Shown piece after piece: positions 63,322 to 64,000 of a DNA stretch of 64,000 nucleotides. The notes beneath the pieces are model-generated. The model was not told the DNA's origin. It saw nothing but the letters and a program-made list of their open reading frames with translations, and ran no database searches. Positions within the stretch are counted from its first letter, which is position 1. Each line of letters starts with the position of its first letter. Location: the NCBI RefSeq assembly GCF_004010195.1, contig NC_057718.1, forward strand, positions 28,111,780 to 28,175,779, given 5' to 3'. The stretch comes from Chiloscyllium plagiosum. Lineage: Eukaryota. A program made the translations under genes and the position numbers.

Positions 63322-64000
63322 TGACGATGCAATGGCTTTAAGAAATGCATTTTGTCCTTTTTTTTGAAGAGAGGTGTTGAGACAGAACGGGTGTTGTATC
63401 TCTTCGATAAAGTATAGAGCTTGAGGGACTGAGTTTATTTTTAAAGTTGATACAATAGAAGCAGCATGAATGGGTGGAGTCAAGCTCCATCAGAACTTGG
63501 GTTTTAGTTTAGCTTTCATTTGTAAGGGTTTTGAAATTGGTTGTAGAAGCTGCTATACATCTCTTCTGGCCACAGCAAAAAGCTGGAATTCTCTCTTTTC
63601 AGCCATAATTCAGAAGTCACATGATACCAGGTTATAGTCTAACAGGTTTACTTGAAATCACAAGCTTTTGAAGTGCTGCTCCTTCATTGGGTACAGTGAG
63701 CTACGCTCCAAAGACTTGTGTGATTTCAAATAATCTGGACAATAATCTGGTGTTGTGTGACTTCTGACTTTGTCCATCCCAGTCCAACACCAGTATCTCC
63801 ACATTTCTGCCATAATTTATCTCTTGGTGTTCCTTTCTCATGGATTGGAGAAACACTGCATGTGAGACAATCTATTTTATTGAATTTGCCTTTGCCAAGA
63901 CTGCGTTTAAGGACTGTTACTATATGGAGCAGTTGCTCTGAGTGGTTAAGTAACCCATTATTCTGTTAAGTTTTCCAATAGAATTAAAGTTATACCAATT
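63322..64000 (+). mobile_element. LTR related to 744-1419 (runs off the window) with nested fold-back PLE mini-element 63611-63803
   Basis: Shared blocks (gtgacgatgc..ctttaa, gagtcaagctc, ggttttagtttagc); nested element TSD tttc(a/t)gccataatt 63597-63610 / 63804-63817. Confidence 0.55.

Overview
Eukaryotic, repeat-dense genomic DNA, most likely from a shark or other elasmobranch. This is inferred from HE1-type tRNA-derived SINEs with (TCTAA)n tails and their partner CR1/HER1-type LINEs. No host protein-coding exon is recognisable, so this looks like a large intron or gene desert. There are three assembly gaps (8602-8843, 28588-29231, 37562-38061). Recognisable content: (i) a full-length but inactivated L1 on the minus strand with a 13-bp TSD (25671-30908); (ii) three Penelope-like elements (PLEs) plus many small fold-back PLE derivatives whose termini carry minimal hammerhead-ribozyme cores (CUGANGA...GAAA..NUH) and 12-17 bp TSDs; (iii) two composite elements with an internal VNTR and a Rex1/Babar-like 3' tail; (iv) solo LTRs, including a CpG-rich, ERV-like 748-bp LTR with a perfect 4-bp TSD; (v) decayed Gypsy, RTE, Rex1/Babar, L2, CR1 and Harbinger relics; (vi) several repeat-free, homeodomain/TALE-motif-rich blocks that look like conserved non-coding elements. 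All family names come from motif recognition by eye, not database searches. Boundaries of old copies are approximate.
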